In this document: piece after piece, positions 27,452 through 36,280 of the stretch
Position numbering within the stretch: position 1 is the first letter of the stretch
Layout of the letters: every line of letters starts with the position of its first letter
From: an uncultured bacterium
GTDB lineage: Bacteria > CSSED10-310
Direction: 5' to 3'
Assembly: GCA_964404285.1 (NCBI GenBank)
Contig: CAYOJK010000001.1
Coordinates: forward strand, 83,797-147,796
Length of the DNA stretch: 64,000 nt
Position numbers and translations under genes: made by a program
Notes under the pieces: model-generated
Seen by the model: only the letters and a program-made list of their open reading frames with translations
What the model was told of the DNA's origin: nothing
Databases searched by the model: none

Positions 27452-30400
27452 GGTAACTCCTTTGTTGGGCTTAATCTATTCGTCCTCCTTTGCCGTTTGT
27501 CATAAAGCTTCACCTCCTGAAGGACCTTTTTGATATAGGGAATATTTCTAATCTCTTCAGGTCTCTTATTATGGGGCTCATACTGTTTTTTTAGAACCGT
27601 ATAATCATATGCTTCCTGTGCAGCAGTCCCCAGGTTGCTGATTGCGTCTTCTGCGTGCCCAATCTCATGTATCAATACACCTGCTAACTTTTTGTTTCTT
27701 GTAACGAGCACGTCCTCGACGGTGATTGTAACGCCGTATAGAACTGTTAAATCGGGATTTATAGTATCTGTCACTTTAGTCCCTGTGCTATCAAGTTTCA
27801 TTGCGGGAGAAATCCTTGCTTTATGTGTTCCTTCGGCTGGTATACCCGTTGGATCTACAAGGTTCTGGCCAGATGTTATAGTTAAGTCTGGATTTTGAGT
27901 TCCTCTATATTTAGCAAGAGTGCTTTTTACTGTTGGAGATGCATTTTCTAAACTTAAAACCATTCCCTCCAATGCTTTTGAATGGGGTCCTCTGAAAAAT
28001 ATTTCAAGACCGTTAGGATCTGTGAAATTTACAGGGTTATTTTGGCAAAATGTATAGCGGTTCCAACTTTGCGGGTTTTCCAAATATCCTTTTATAGCAT
28101 CAGGACTTAAAAACCTTGGAGGCAATTCATAGTTTGTTTGCTCGGTGATGGCATTAAGATAACGAGCGTTGAAATAGTGTTTCTGGGTTGTAGATTCGAA
28201 CAGTTTACCAGTGTATCGAATATCTTGTGCGGAAAACACCGGACTTCCAAGATCATCAAAATCTGCGCCAAAGGGCTCGTAATTGTGCACCTCATATGGC
28301 AGGCCGCCTGTTTGCTCCGGCCATACTATTGTGGCAACATCATTAGTGAACGCCATTGGGGAGCCAAGGTGATTAAGGTGCGCAAAAATGATAGTAGTTG
28401 TTGCTCCATCATCTGTAACTCTTACTAAGAGTTCTCCACCTAAATAAATATTATCAATGAAAAGCATTGCTGATGTATCGAACTCTGATAGTAAAAGTTC
28501 TCCGAGATATGAATAAATGAATGTGTTGCTTCCTTCTGCCTTGTAAATTCTCTTATCTATTCCGTCATATCGGTATTGAACTGTAGAGTCGGTATCGATC
28601 AGTTTCCCTAGCTCATCGTAGGTGTAAAGATAAATGCTGTCATCGGTCATATTGCCGTCAGCATCATGAGTAACGCTGGCAATCTTGTTATTGGAATAGG
28701 TGAAGCTTGAGGTGTCTGAGGGATTGGTTTTGGCAACACTCAGAATATTGCCCACGCTGTCATAGGAATAGGTGAAATTCCTGCTCCCAAGTCCGGTGGC
28801 CGTCTCAATCCTGTTCAAATTGTCATACGTGAAGGTGGTTGTTCCAAGTTCGGTGATGTTACCAAAGGCATCATAGGCAAAACTATCGTTCACTAAATCA
28901 TCAACGCCGATTTGCGTGACCCAGCTCGATGGCCGATTTCGAACATCATGAGAAATTGTCGTTACAACTCCATTGCCAAACACATACTCTTCAAGCCCGC
29001 CTGCCGGATTGTGCAGGAGACCATTTGCCATGGTCTGTGTTCCGGAACTCCCGGTAAGAGATATTGTTTCCAGTAGATTTGTTCCCGCTCCATATGTGTA
29101 AGAAACATCGATTCCGGACGGATAAACGATATTGTTGAGGTTCCCCAGCGTGTCATATCCAAAGTAATAACTTGCAGTCAGTGCTGGACTTGCAAGGTTT
29201 ACATCTTTTAATAGATTGCGTCCCTGGACATCAAATTCCGGCCAGACTAAAATGCTCTCCTCGTTAAGAGACACACCTTTACGCACTACAGCACCGGTTC
29301 GGTGATTGAAAGCCTCCACATAAAAACCTGGAGCGTCATCACCGGTAAAATTCAATATGTCATCTCCATCATAGTAGTAGTCCACCTTGATTTGATCTGC
29401 TCCGCTGCCGGCATTCTTTGAAGTTAATCTGTAGATCTCATCATACGTGAAGCTGATAACCCTGCCAGAAGCTTTGGAGATTGTCTCGACTTGGCCGGAA
29501 TTATAATAGGTGTAAGTGACGGTGCCTGTTTCCGGATGTGTCTCGCTTGTCAAGCGCCCTAGGCCGTCATAGATAAACGTCCGGTCAGAACACGTCACAT
29601 CATTGGGATGATCTACCAACGTCAGATTATCCAGGACATCATATCCATAGTCGAAAAGCTTGCTGTCGGCATCGGTAATCTGATCCAGCCTGCCCAGAGC
29701 ATCATATAATTTCACTGTTGTCTGGGTTCCTCTAGTAATAGTCACTTCATTTCCGTCATAGGAATAGGTCGTTGTTCCGTCCGGATCAGTCACGTCAATC
29801 AACCTGTTGAGGGGGCCATATGTGTAATACATTCCGTCTGTTGAAGAAGACGAAAATGATGCTTCCGAGATGAAATTTGGATTCCCGACAGCATCGTATT
29901 CCTGATTAATGTAGGATGGCCCGGCTTGGTCGCTCGGAATTATGGTCTGTTTCAATCTGCCTAGAGCGTCGTAATTGTAGGTTATAGAATACGATCCCTG
30001 TGTTGATGTTACCTGTCCGCCAGTCACATCATATGTCAGAGCCGTTTGCAGGTCTGAGGGTGGTGTTATCTGGATCAAATGCCCCAGATCGTCATAAACA
30101 TAATTCGTCGTGTTCCCGTTCGGATCGGTGATGCTTGTCACTCGGCCTGTATCCGGGTCAACTCCTTGTGAAAACGTCATGTAACTTGAATCCGGCAACT
30201 GCTGAGGAGTGGTGATTTGAGAAATGGTTCCGGCATTCCAGGCAAATGTAGTCACCTTGGCTTGTGCATCTGTAATCGTGTAAAGATTGCCTGCATCTCC
30301 TGCTGAAGTGTAATAAGCATATCCCACTATAATGTCAGGGGATCCGGTGGACGGATCTGTCCACTGATTCACCGACTGCAAGCGAGTAAATTTGGGGTCA

Positions 30401-33400
30401 CCTAGACTACTGAAATACTCACTTCGTGTTCTGGATTTGACTGTGCCACCGGTGTTCCCCTCTATTATTTCTTCTTGGTAAACTCCGCTCAGAAAATTGG
30501 CTGTCCTGAAGTTAGAATATCCGGAACAAGCACTTTCCCAGACATAAATGTAGCTGGTCGTCCTCTCAGCGGTATCGGAGTAGTTGTATTCGATCACATT
30601 TCCAGGCATTCCGAGAGCCACATAATTCTCAAGGTCTGCCAGATCCCCATCGGCACCTGGATAGATGTATTCTATTTTGGAGCTTACCTGTCCGCGGGAT
30701 TCCTGTTGCTTCAATAGCGGAACCTGGCTTGAATACAGGTTTTGATTGTGACCAGGTTCTTGCGAAACGGTTTTAATGAGTTGCGAGATCCTTCCCCCTT
30801 TTGTGGTGCCATGTAGAATTGTATCAGTTTGAGTTATCACCGGGAAATGGACATACTCCCGGTCATTGTTTAGTTTACGCCACCTGGAAAGCCGCCTGGA
30901 CTCATAGGTTTTTGTTTCCGTCTTTACTGGCGATCCCCCGGATACCAGACCATCATAGTAGATAATCTCCGCGGACAATCCGATTTTCCACTCCGCGATA
31001 TCCCCGAGATCTGTGGAGTAATAATTCCAGTAGCGATATTGCGTGTCATTACCCAAGGGGTCGTTCACAACCGTATACTGATCCAGCGGGCCATAGGTCG
31101 CGATGCTGTAGGTTGTTGTTCCTGCCGTGACATCTGAGCCGTCTGCCGTTCTGGAAACTATCGAGATGTCTGCGTAGGTTCGATCATAGATGTTGCTTCC
31201 ATCGAAAGCTTTCAGGTGGAACTCGTGCTCTTCATGGGCATATGTGATGGTGCCGCCAGTTGGAAGCAGAATATCTGTCAGAACTCCGAAGGCCGGTGAT
31301 GCAATATCACCGTCATAGCTGTATGCAGTAGACATGTCGCCTGGATCTCCGCCAGTTCCGTTTGCACGAGCAATAACCGTATCCAAAGCGTTCCTGCCAT
31401 AACCGAACTCTGTGACTGAATATTCAATATAGACGCTGTTGTTCGGGCCTCTTATTTGCGTCAGAAATCCGGATGCGTAATCAAACTCAACGACTCTGCT
31501 ATAGGTGTCGGTCACGTTGTCCACGACCATACGTCCGCCTTCAACTCCGTAGGCGATGGAGATACGATTACCGCTTACTCCATCAGCATCCGCGCTCCGG
31601 ATCTCGCTGACCGCAGCGCAATCCTTCTGCCAGCACTCAACCAGATTGGTCTCCGTATAAAAATCTGAGCGATCGAAGTAGTATTTTATCCCGCTGGTCG
31701 TTGTCAGGAGAAGATCATAGGCCAGCCCGCTGACGTTGATTTTTTCAAGCTTCCACAAGTCACTCGTATATTTTGGATATCCTCCCTGACTTCCTGAATG
31801 TGGCACTTCATATGCGACATGCCGGGACCCGTCAGGCATCACGATGACAGGCGTATCGCTATCCATATTTAGGATTTTCCCAAAATGAATATCCCAACCA
31901 AGACCAAGACAGGTTTCCGGGATGAATTTTTGAGTGAAAATATTGTCGTCACCCCACGGCGTCCGCTCTTTGATGCAGCTGCTATATGTCCTCAAAACAT
32001 TTACGTCCAAACCGCCTTTGCCCGACAGATGGAGGTCGGTATAAGTCAGGTTTACCTTCCCGGTGAATGTATCGATAGACTCTTCCGGCATTCCGGCCAG
32101 ATTGACATGGTTGGCATCGAATCCTGGCGTTGAAAAATGTTCAGGATAATACACGTAATCATCCCCTGGATGCCCTCGATCTTTATTCGTGCTGATCCAA
32201 CAGAAATTGGCTACTCCGACAGGGTTGTCTGCCGTCAGTGTCACATATTCCGGATTCGGATAGGCATAGATGCTGCTCTTCTCGGCAGTGACGGTATAGG
32301 ATGCGGGGAATGTTCCGGGATTGAGCGCAAAGTAGTAGTCTCCTTCTGTTGTGGTTTCTCTTGTCAGCCCGCCAGGATTCAGCGTTATTGTGGCTCCGCT
32401 GACCGGGCCTGTGGGAGAACGCACCTTGCCGTGGATCATTGCACATACAACCTGGATATCACGCTCATATGTCCTGGGTTCGGAAACGACAACCGTTTCC
32501 ATAGATTCCTGGCAATCATCGACTAGAGCAACAACATAATACGTTCCCAGGGGAAGAATTGTCGGGTCATCTGCTGTGGTGTATACGCCTTCTACATTGG
32601 TTTGAACAGTGAAGTAGAAGTCTTCCACCAGATTTATAACAATTACATCCTCTCCGGAGCCGACAGGCGTTTCTCCGGGATATTCACCGATTGTAACCGT
32701 TCCGGTAATAACCGGTTTTTCAAGATAGACTTGAAAATAGACAGGGGAGCCAAAGTCTGCGTTGGCGCAGGTTGCCCGAACCCAGATATCTCCCTCATAG
32801 TTCGGTAACGGGCCGATCCATGAGGCATTACCCTCTGAGTCTGTGGTTACATTATCAAGTAAGGTGTAAGAACCATACTGCGTTGTTGACCATTCAAAAA
32901 CGACATTCTCACCGGGGACACCTGAAAGCGGATCGTCTGTGGCTATCAATAATTTTGGTCTCTTCTGAGGATCTCCAACATACTCCGAGCTATAACACCA
33001 AGCGTAATAATCGTAACCGGTTCCTACTGCCCAAAGGCCAAGGCCATAACTGGACGGACTCGCTGAGAACCAATCCTGAACCAAACCGGACGGAAGATCG
33101 TAATAATTATACTGGTCATCGACGATTGTAAAATCTTCGCCGGGATTGATCTCATACCAGTCAGGTCGAGTATTCCATGTCACTGAAGTCTCATACCAGT
33201 CTTCGGTAACATTGAACATCCATCCATGCAAAAGAGTTGACGACGGATAAGTATCGTAAACGTAAAGCCTCAGGGTGCCACCCAAGACATTGTATGGATA
33301 TGAGGGGTTATTAAACTTAAGATACGTGTAAGCTTCCCTGGGCTGCGTGACAACTATTCTTCTTCCGAAATTCAAGTCTGTGCCGTTAAGGTTCTGATCG

Positions 33401-34554
33401 GGCCATCTCTGATCCACAAAAGCATCATTTGTCGGCTCAACCTCTGTTGTGTAAACTAGCCGAGCGACAAGCGGCTCTTCCAGGTCTTTTGTGGGGACAC
33501 CGGATTGATTGTTGCCGCTGGCCATGGTCAACATCGTGGATTGGGCAAAGGTCGCCGGAATGGATAGAGCCAGCAAGATCGCGATTGATAAAACGGCCTT
33601 TCTTCTCATTTTCATAACTCCTCCGATGAGAAACAGGGCAATAAAAATTCCCCAAATGCTCATGCTCGGCAGTGGGGGAAGCACATATTCAAACCATCCC
33701 ATATCAAAATCTGAACTCCAATAAGGGTATTCATCACCCTGGTCTGTTCCCGCATCGAAGCAGGGAGACATCTCATTGATTCGGTAGTTCGAATCCCAAA
33801 GCGGGTCTTGGCTGATGCTGTTCGGACCGGCTGAGCAACCAACATAGTTGTCGTCCAAATTATTCCAGACATCGTTATAATCCAGTGTGGGAAGGGCTGA
33901 TCCGGAGCACCGGATTCCGGCCGTTCCCATCCCTGTCTGGCCGTTTCCCGCGACGATGTTGTCCTGAATGTCTGCTGATGACTCATAAGCCCGGATACCG
34001 TCGTTACTGTTGCTTGCGATGGAATTATAGTGCACAAAGGCTGACGAATAGACCAGTTCAAGCCCGATTCCCCCGTTTTCAGCGATCAGGTTTTTATGAA
34101 TAATGCCATCACCGAGGAGATAGAGTCCGCCTCCTGCATTGTTGATTATCCGGTTGCCAACGACTTCAACCGTTTCGAAATATCCATGGACGGCAAATCC
34201 AGACGAGCTTCCTCCGGTTATTGTGAACCCTTCCAACCTTGAGTCGTTTGCCAACTCTACAACAGGAAATGAACCGTTCCCGTCAATTACCGTGACTCCC
34301 GACTTATAGAAATAGTCATTGTAACCATCCGTTCCCTGGTCATAACTTTTCAGGGTTACTCCATCTTTCATCGTGACTTGCTCCTGGTAAGTTCCCGGAT
34401 AAACGACAACTTCATCCCCATATTCCGCGGCTATCAAAGCTTCATGGATAGTTGGATAATCCTGACCGCTGGGGCCAACTGTGATCGTGGCTGCAAATGA
34501 TGAAAAAGAATACACCAAGGTAATTAATAAAAGCATCAGGATTGCCAGTTTCAT
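27448..34554 (-). CDS. RHS/YD-repeat polymorphic toxin with C-terminal HExxH zinc-metallopeptidase toxin domain, fused in frame to an N-terminal ~313-aa parallel beta-helix protein
   Basis: Single 2368-aa frame. Residues 1-313 carry signal peptide 1, a pectate-lyase-like beta-helix and a C-terminal hydrophobic anchor followed by RRK. Residues 314 onward begin MKMRRKAVLSIAILLALSIPATFA (signal peptide 2) preceded by a GGAGGA RBS, followed by Ig/carboxypeptidase-regulatory-like domains and many YD repeats (YTYDALGRL, YGYDVLDNL...). The RHS core ends NPVNFTDPNGL, and a ~180-aa C-terminal domain has LIHEIGHAED. Confidence 0.85.
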   Translation of the reverse strand: MKLAILMLLLITLVYSFSSFAATITVGPSGQDYPTIHEALIAAEYGDEVVVYPGTYQEQVTMKDGVTLKSYDQGTDGYNDYFYKSGVTVIDGNGSFPVVELANDSRLEGFTITGGSSSGFAVHGYFETVEVVGNRIINNAGGGLYLLGDGIIHKNLIAENGGIGLELVYSSAFVHYNSIASNSNDGIRAYESSADIQDNIVAGNGQTGMGTAGIRCSGSALPTLDYNDVWNNLDDNYVGCSAGPNSISQDPLWDSNYRINEMSPCFDAGTDQGDEYPYWSSDFDMGWFEYVLPPLPSMSIWGIFIALFLIGGVMKMRRKAVLSIAILLALSIPATFAQSTMLTMASGNNQSGVPTKDLEEPLVARLVYTTEVEPTNDAFVDQRWPDQNLNGTDLNFGRRIVVTQPREAYTYLKFNNPSYPYNVLGGTLRLYVYDTYPSSTLLHGWMFNVTEDWYETSVTWNTRPDWYEINPGEDFTIVDDQYNYYDLPSGLVQDWFSASPSSYGLGLWAVGTGYDYYAWCYSSEYVGDPQKRPKLLIATDDPLSGVPGENVVFEWSTTQYGSYTLLDNVTTDSEGNASWIGPLPNYEGDIWVRATCANADFGSPVYFQVYLEKPVITGTVTIGEYPGETPVGSGEDVIVINLVEDFYFTVQTNVEGVYTTADDPTILPLGTYYVVALVDDCQESMETVVVSEPRTYERDIQVVCAMIHGKVRSPTGPVSGATITLNPGGLTRETTTEGDYYFALNPGTFPASYTVTAEKSSIYAYPNPEYVTLTADNPVGVANFCWISTNKDRGHPGDDYVYYPEHFSTPGFDANHVNLAGMPEESIDTFTGKVNLTYTDLHLSGKGGLDVNVLRTYSSCIKERTPWGDDNIFTQKFIPETCLGLGWDIHFGKILNMDSDTPVIVMPDGSRHVAYEVPHSGSQGGYPKYTSDLWKLEKINVSGLAYDLLLTTTSGIKYYFDRSDFYTETNLVECWQKDCAAVSEIRSADADGVSGNRISIAYGVEGGRMVVDNVTDTYSRVVEFDYASGFLTQIRGPNNSVYIEYSVTEFGYGRNALDTVIARANGTGGDPGDMSTAYSYDGDIASPAFGVLTDILLPTGGTITYAHEEHEFHLKAFDGSNIYDRTYADISIVSRTADGSDVTAGTTTYSIATYGPLDQYTVVNDPLGNDTQYRYWNYYSTDLGDIAEWKIGLSAEIIYYDGLVSGGSPVKTETKTYESRRLSRWRKLNNDREYVHFPVITQTDTILHGTTKGGRISQLIKTVSQEPGHNQNLYSSQVPLLKQQESRGQVSSKIEYIYPGADGDLADLENYVALGMPGNVIEYNYSDTAERTTSYIYVWESACSGYSNFRTANFLSGVYQEEIIEGNTGGTVKSRTRSEYFSSLGDPKFTRLQSVNQWTDPSTGSPDIIVGYAYYTSAGDAGNLYTITDAQAKVTTFAWNAGTISQITTPQQLPDSSYMTFSQGVDPDTGRVTSITDPNGNTTNYVYDDLGHLIQITPPSDLQTALTYDVTGGQVTSTQGSYSITYNYDALGRLKQTIIPSDQAGPSYINQEYDAVGNPNFISEASFSSSSTDGMYYTYGPLNRLIDVTDPDGTTTYSYDGNEVTITRGTQTTVKLYDALGRLDQITDADSKLFDYGYDVLDNLTLVDHPNDVTCSDRTFIYDGLGRLTSETHPETGTVTYTYYNSGQVETISKASGRVISFTYDEIYRLTSKNAGSGADQIKVDYYYDGDDILNFTGDDAPGFYVEAFNHRTGAVVRKGVSLNEESILVWPEFDVQGRNLLKDVNLASPALTASYYFGYDTLGNLNNIVYPSGIDVSYTYGAGTNLLETISLTGSSGTQTMANGLLHNPAGGLEEYVFGNGVVTTISHDVRNRPSSWVTQIGVDDLVNDSFAYDAFGNITELGTTTFTYDNLNRIETATGLGSRNFTYSYDSVGNILSVAKTNPSDTSSFTYSNNKIASVTHDADGNMTDDSIYLYTYDELGKLIDTDSTVQYRYDGIDKRIYKAEGSNTFIYSYLGELLLSEFDTSAMLFIDNIYLGGELLVRVTDDGATTTIIFAHLNHLGSPMAFTNDVATIVWPEQTGGLPYEVHNYEPFGADFDDLGSPVFSAQDIRYTGKLFESTTQKHYFNARYLNAITEQTNYELPPRFLSPDAIKGYLENPQSWNRYTFCQNNPVNFTDPNGLEIFFRGPHSKALEGMVLSLENASPTVKSTLAKYRGTQNPDLTITSGQNLVDPTGIPAEGTHKARISPAMKLDSTGTKVTDTINPDLTVLYGVTITVEDVLVTRNKKLAGVLIHEIGHAEDAISNLGTAAQEAYDYTVLKKQYEPHNKRPEEIRNIPYIKKVLQEVKLYDKRQRRTNRLSPTKELP
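27463..27522. repeat. 60 bp direct repeat, copy 2 (inside the last codons of the RHS gene)
   Basis: See copy 1 at 19576-19635. Confidence 0.9.
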
Positions 34555-34790
34555 TACAATTCCCTCCTAACTAAATCAAACGTCTATTGCTGATCATATC
34601 CCCGGAACTGGTCTGAAGTCAATCAACGGTATTTTCTGGTGTGACCGGAGAAAGTTTGACATCATTTACATCCTCGCTGGCAAGGCGCTTTAATGCGTAG
34701 TAAAATACTATGACCGCAGATTTTCCCGGTATCCTCAAAGTCATATCCGTCATCACCAGTTACCCCAAGAAACAACCTGCTTCGGTGAAA

Positions 34791-35042
34791 TTACGGATTA
34801 CGTGGGTCATACCCAATAAACTCGATAATCTTTAGGATCAGTTTGTCCTGGGGATACGAGTGAGACATCTCCCAGTTGTGAATGGTGCCTTCGTCAACAC
34901 CGATTATGTTGGCAACATCTCTCTGGAAAAGCTTCAAGTCCATCCGTCTCCTGCGGATATGGTCGCCAATCGTTCTTGGCGTTTCCGGGTACGAGAAAGG
35001 CAATGGTTTCGAGGCTTTGAGCGTAAGTGGCAACTGTTCCAC
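34791..35042 (-). CDS. XRE-family HTH regulator at the island edge
   Basis: 83-aa ORF with an HTH_3-like segment (IRRRRMDLKLFQRDVANIIGVDEGTIHNWEMSHSYP). Its GTG start abuts the right comM repeat, so the start is uncertain. Confidence 0.55.
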   Translation of the reverse strand: MEQLPLTLKASKPLPFSYPETPRTIGDHIRRRRMDLKLFQRDVANIIGVDEGTIHNWEMSHSYPQDKLILKIIEFIGYDPRNP

Positions 35043-35044
35043 GC

Positions 35045-35637
35045 AACCCTGCCCATGTGGTTATTACTCACATCCGGAAAAAACCTGTTTGTGCAGACCG
35101 GATATCATCGCTAAATATTTGGGGCGGATATCCGGGCCATTGTTGGATCGTATCGACTTACACATTGAGGTCAACGCGGTCAAATTCAGCGATCTGCAGG
35201 ATCGCCGACGAGGGGAATCTTCCAAGTCCATTCGGGAACGAGTGGAAGCCGCTCGACAGATTCAGCAGACGCGGTTTTCGGAATCGGCCTCGTCAAATGG
35301 CAACCTGGCATCACACTGCAATTCTCACATGTCATCCCGTGAAATCCGGACCTATTGCAAGCTCAACAGTGACGGGTATCGTTTGATGGAACATGCCATG
35401 AAAAGGCTGGGGCTGACGGCTCGAGCCTACGACAGAATATTGAAAGTCGCCAGAACCATTGCTGATCTGGCGGATTCCGAAACCATAGAATCGCATCATC
35501 TTGCAGAAGCCATTCAGTATCGTGCGCTGGACAGATCTCACTGGACACAGGCGCATACTTACTGAGTTTGCTCCTCTTCCTCCTCATTACCATTAACCCT
35601 TCAACCGGCACGCCAATCACGGCGTGCCGACCTTTTT
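35045..35637 (+). pseudogene. orphan 3' fragment of comM (right copy of the ~595 bp repeat, putative attR) with its own terminator
   Basis: It encodes the last ~175 aa of ComM ([69 protein letters not shown]...) with several substitutions relative to the intact gene and no N-terminal ATPase domain. A six-frame ORF at 34882-35565 extends upstream into unrelated sequence. Confidence 0.85.
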
Positions 35638-36038
35638 TGTTTATCCCACAACACTATACCCTTAGCTACTCCGGAGAAGAAGGTCGGGGCTCGCTTTTCT
35701 AAAGCCATCCATTCTGCCGTTGATTTAATGACTGCCTGAACTTTGATCCCCTCTTTCCCATCTTCGGATAAATAGAGCTTAAACGGTTCTTTAATCTCTT
35801 CTTTTCTGTTGCCAATAATCAGGATATCAACGTCGCTGTCCTTGGCATTCTCTCCTCTTGAATAGCTACCATAGAGAACGATCCGATTTGAAAACTCACG
35901 AACCGGTTCCATGATTTCTGCTAGGAGAACAACAATATTCAGTATTTTGAACTGCCGAACAGCCGGATTAGAATCATTCAGGATGTACATCATTGTTTTT
36001 CCGACACTTCGAGGGTGTAAAATTCCCTCAGAATACAA
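35601..36038 (-). CDS. nucleotidyltransferase-domain protein (minimal nucleotidyltransferase, MNT/antitoxin-like)
   Basis: The ORF has GSYSRGENAKDSDVDILIIG, the GS-x9-DxD nucleotidyltransferase motif. No HEPN partner lies adjacent, and the 3' end reads through the duplicated comM terminator hairpin. Only a TTG start is available, so the true start is probably an internal ATG (MMYILN or MEPVREF). Confidence 0.6.
   Translation of the reverse strand: MYSEGILHPRSVGKTMMYILNDSNPAVRQFKILNIVVLLAEIMEPVREFSNRIVLYGSYSRGENAKDSDVDILIIGNRKEEIKEPFKLYLSEDGKEGIKVQAVIKSTAEWMALEKRAPTFFSGVAKGIVLWDKQKRSARRDWRAG
35605..35637 (+). terminator. rho-independent terminator (duplicate of the comM terminator)
   Basis: CGGCACGCC-aatcac-GGCGTGCCG hairpin followed by ACCTTTTTT. 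Confidence 0.75.
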
Positions 36039-36280
36039 AGTATTCGGCGCTCTGTTATACTACCGGCGCTGACACCTATTTCTCGAGACAATTGTCCTTC
36101 ATATCTCTCCATCTTTTACACTTTAAATGAACGATGCAGGTGTCTGAAAGTAATTGACACATTCCGGTGGGATCGGTAAATTGGCGGGCAGTCATATACA
36201 GGCCAACAATCAGCAGAATTAACCCTGTAAGTTAGGAACAGCGGGAAAGCTATCGAGCAAAAGGTGACCTTTCTCATTTT

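Larger units (their letters stand above)
17696..35637. mobile_element. ~17 kb genomic island integrated into the 3' end of comM (RHS toxin island with embedded serine-recombinase module)
   Basis: The island is bounded by the diverged comM-3' direct repeats. Its interior (18293-35044) carries the RHS toxin, recombinase, replication-relaxation and HTH genes and has a heterogeneous GC content. Backbone-type genes resume after the right repeat. Confidence 0.75.

Noticed and set aside
34882-35565. 227-aa six-frame ORF looking like a second small comM-like gene
   Set aside because: Only its C-terminal ~175 aa are ComM-like. It lacks the ATPase domain and a plausible start, and its N-terminus reads through unrelated sequence. 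I interpret it as an orphan 3' fragment (attR) rather than a functional gene.
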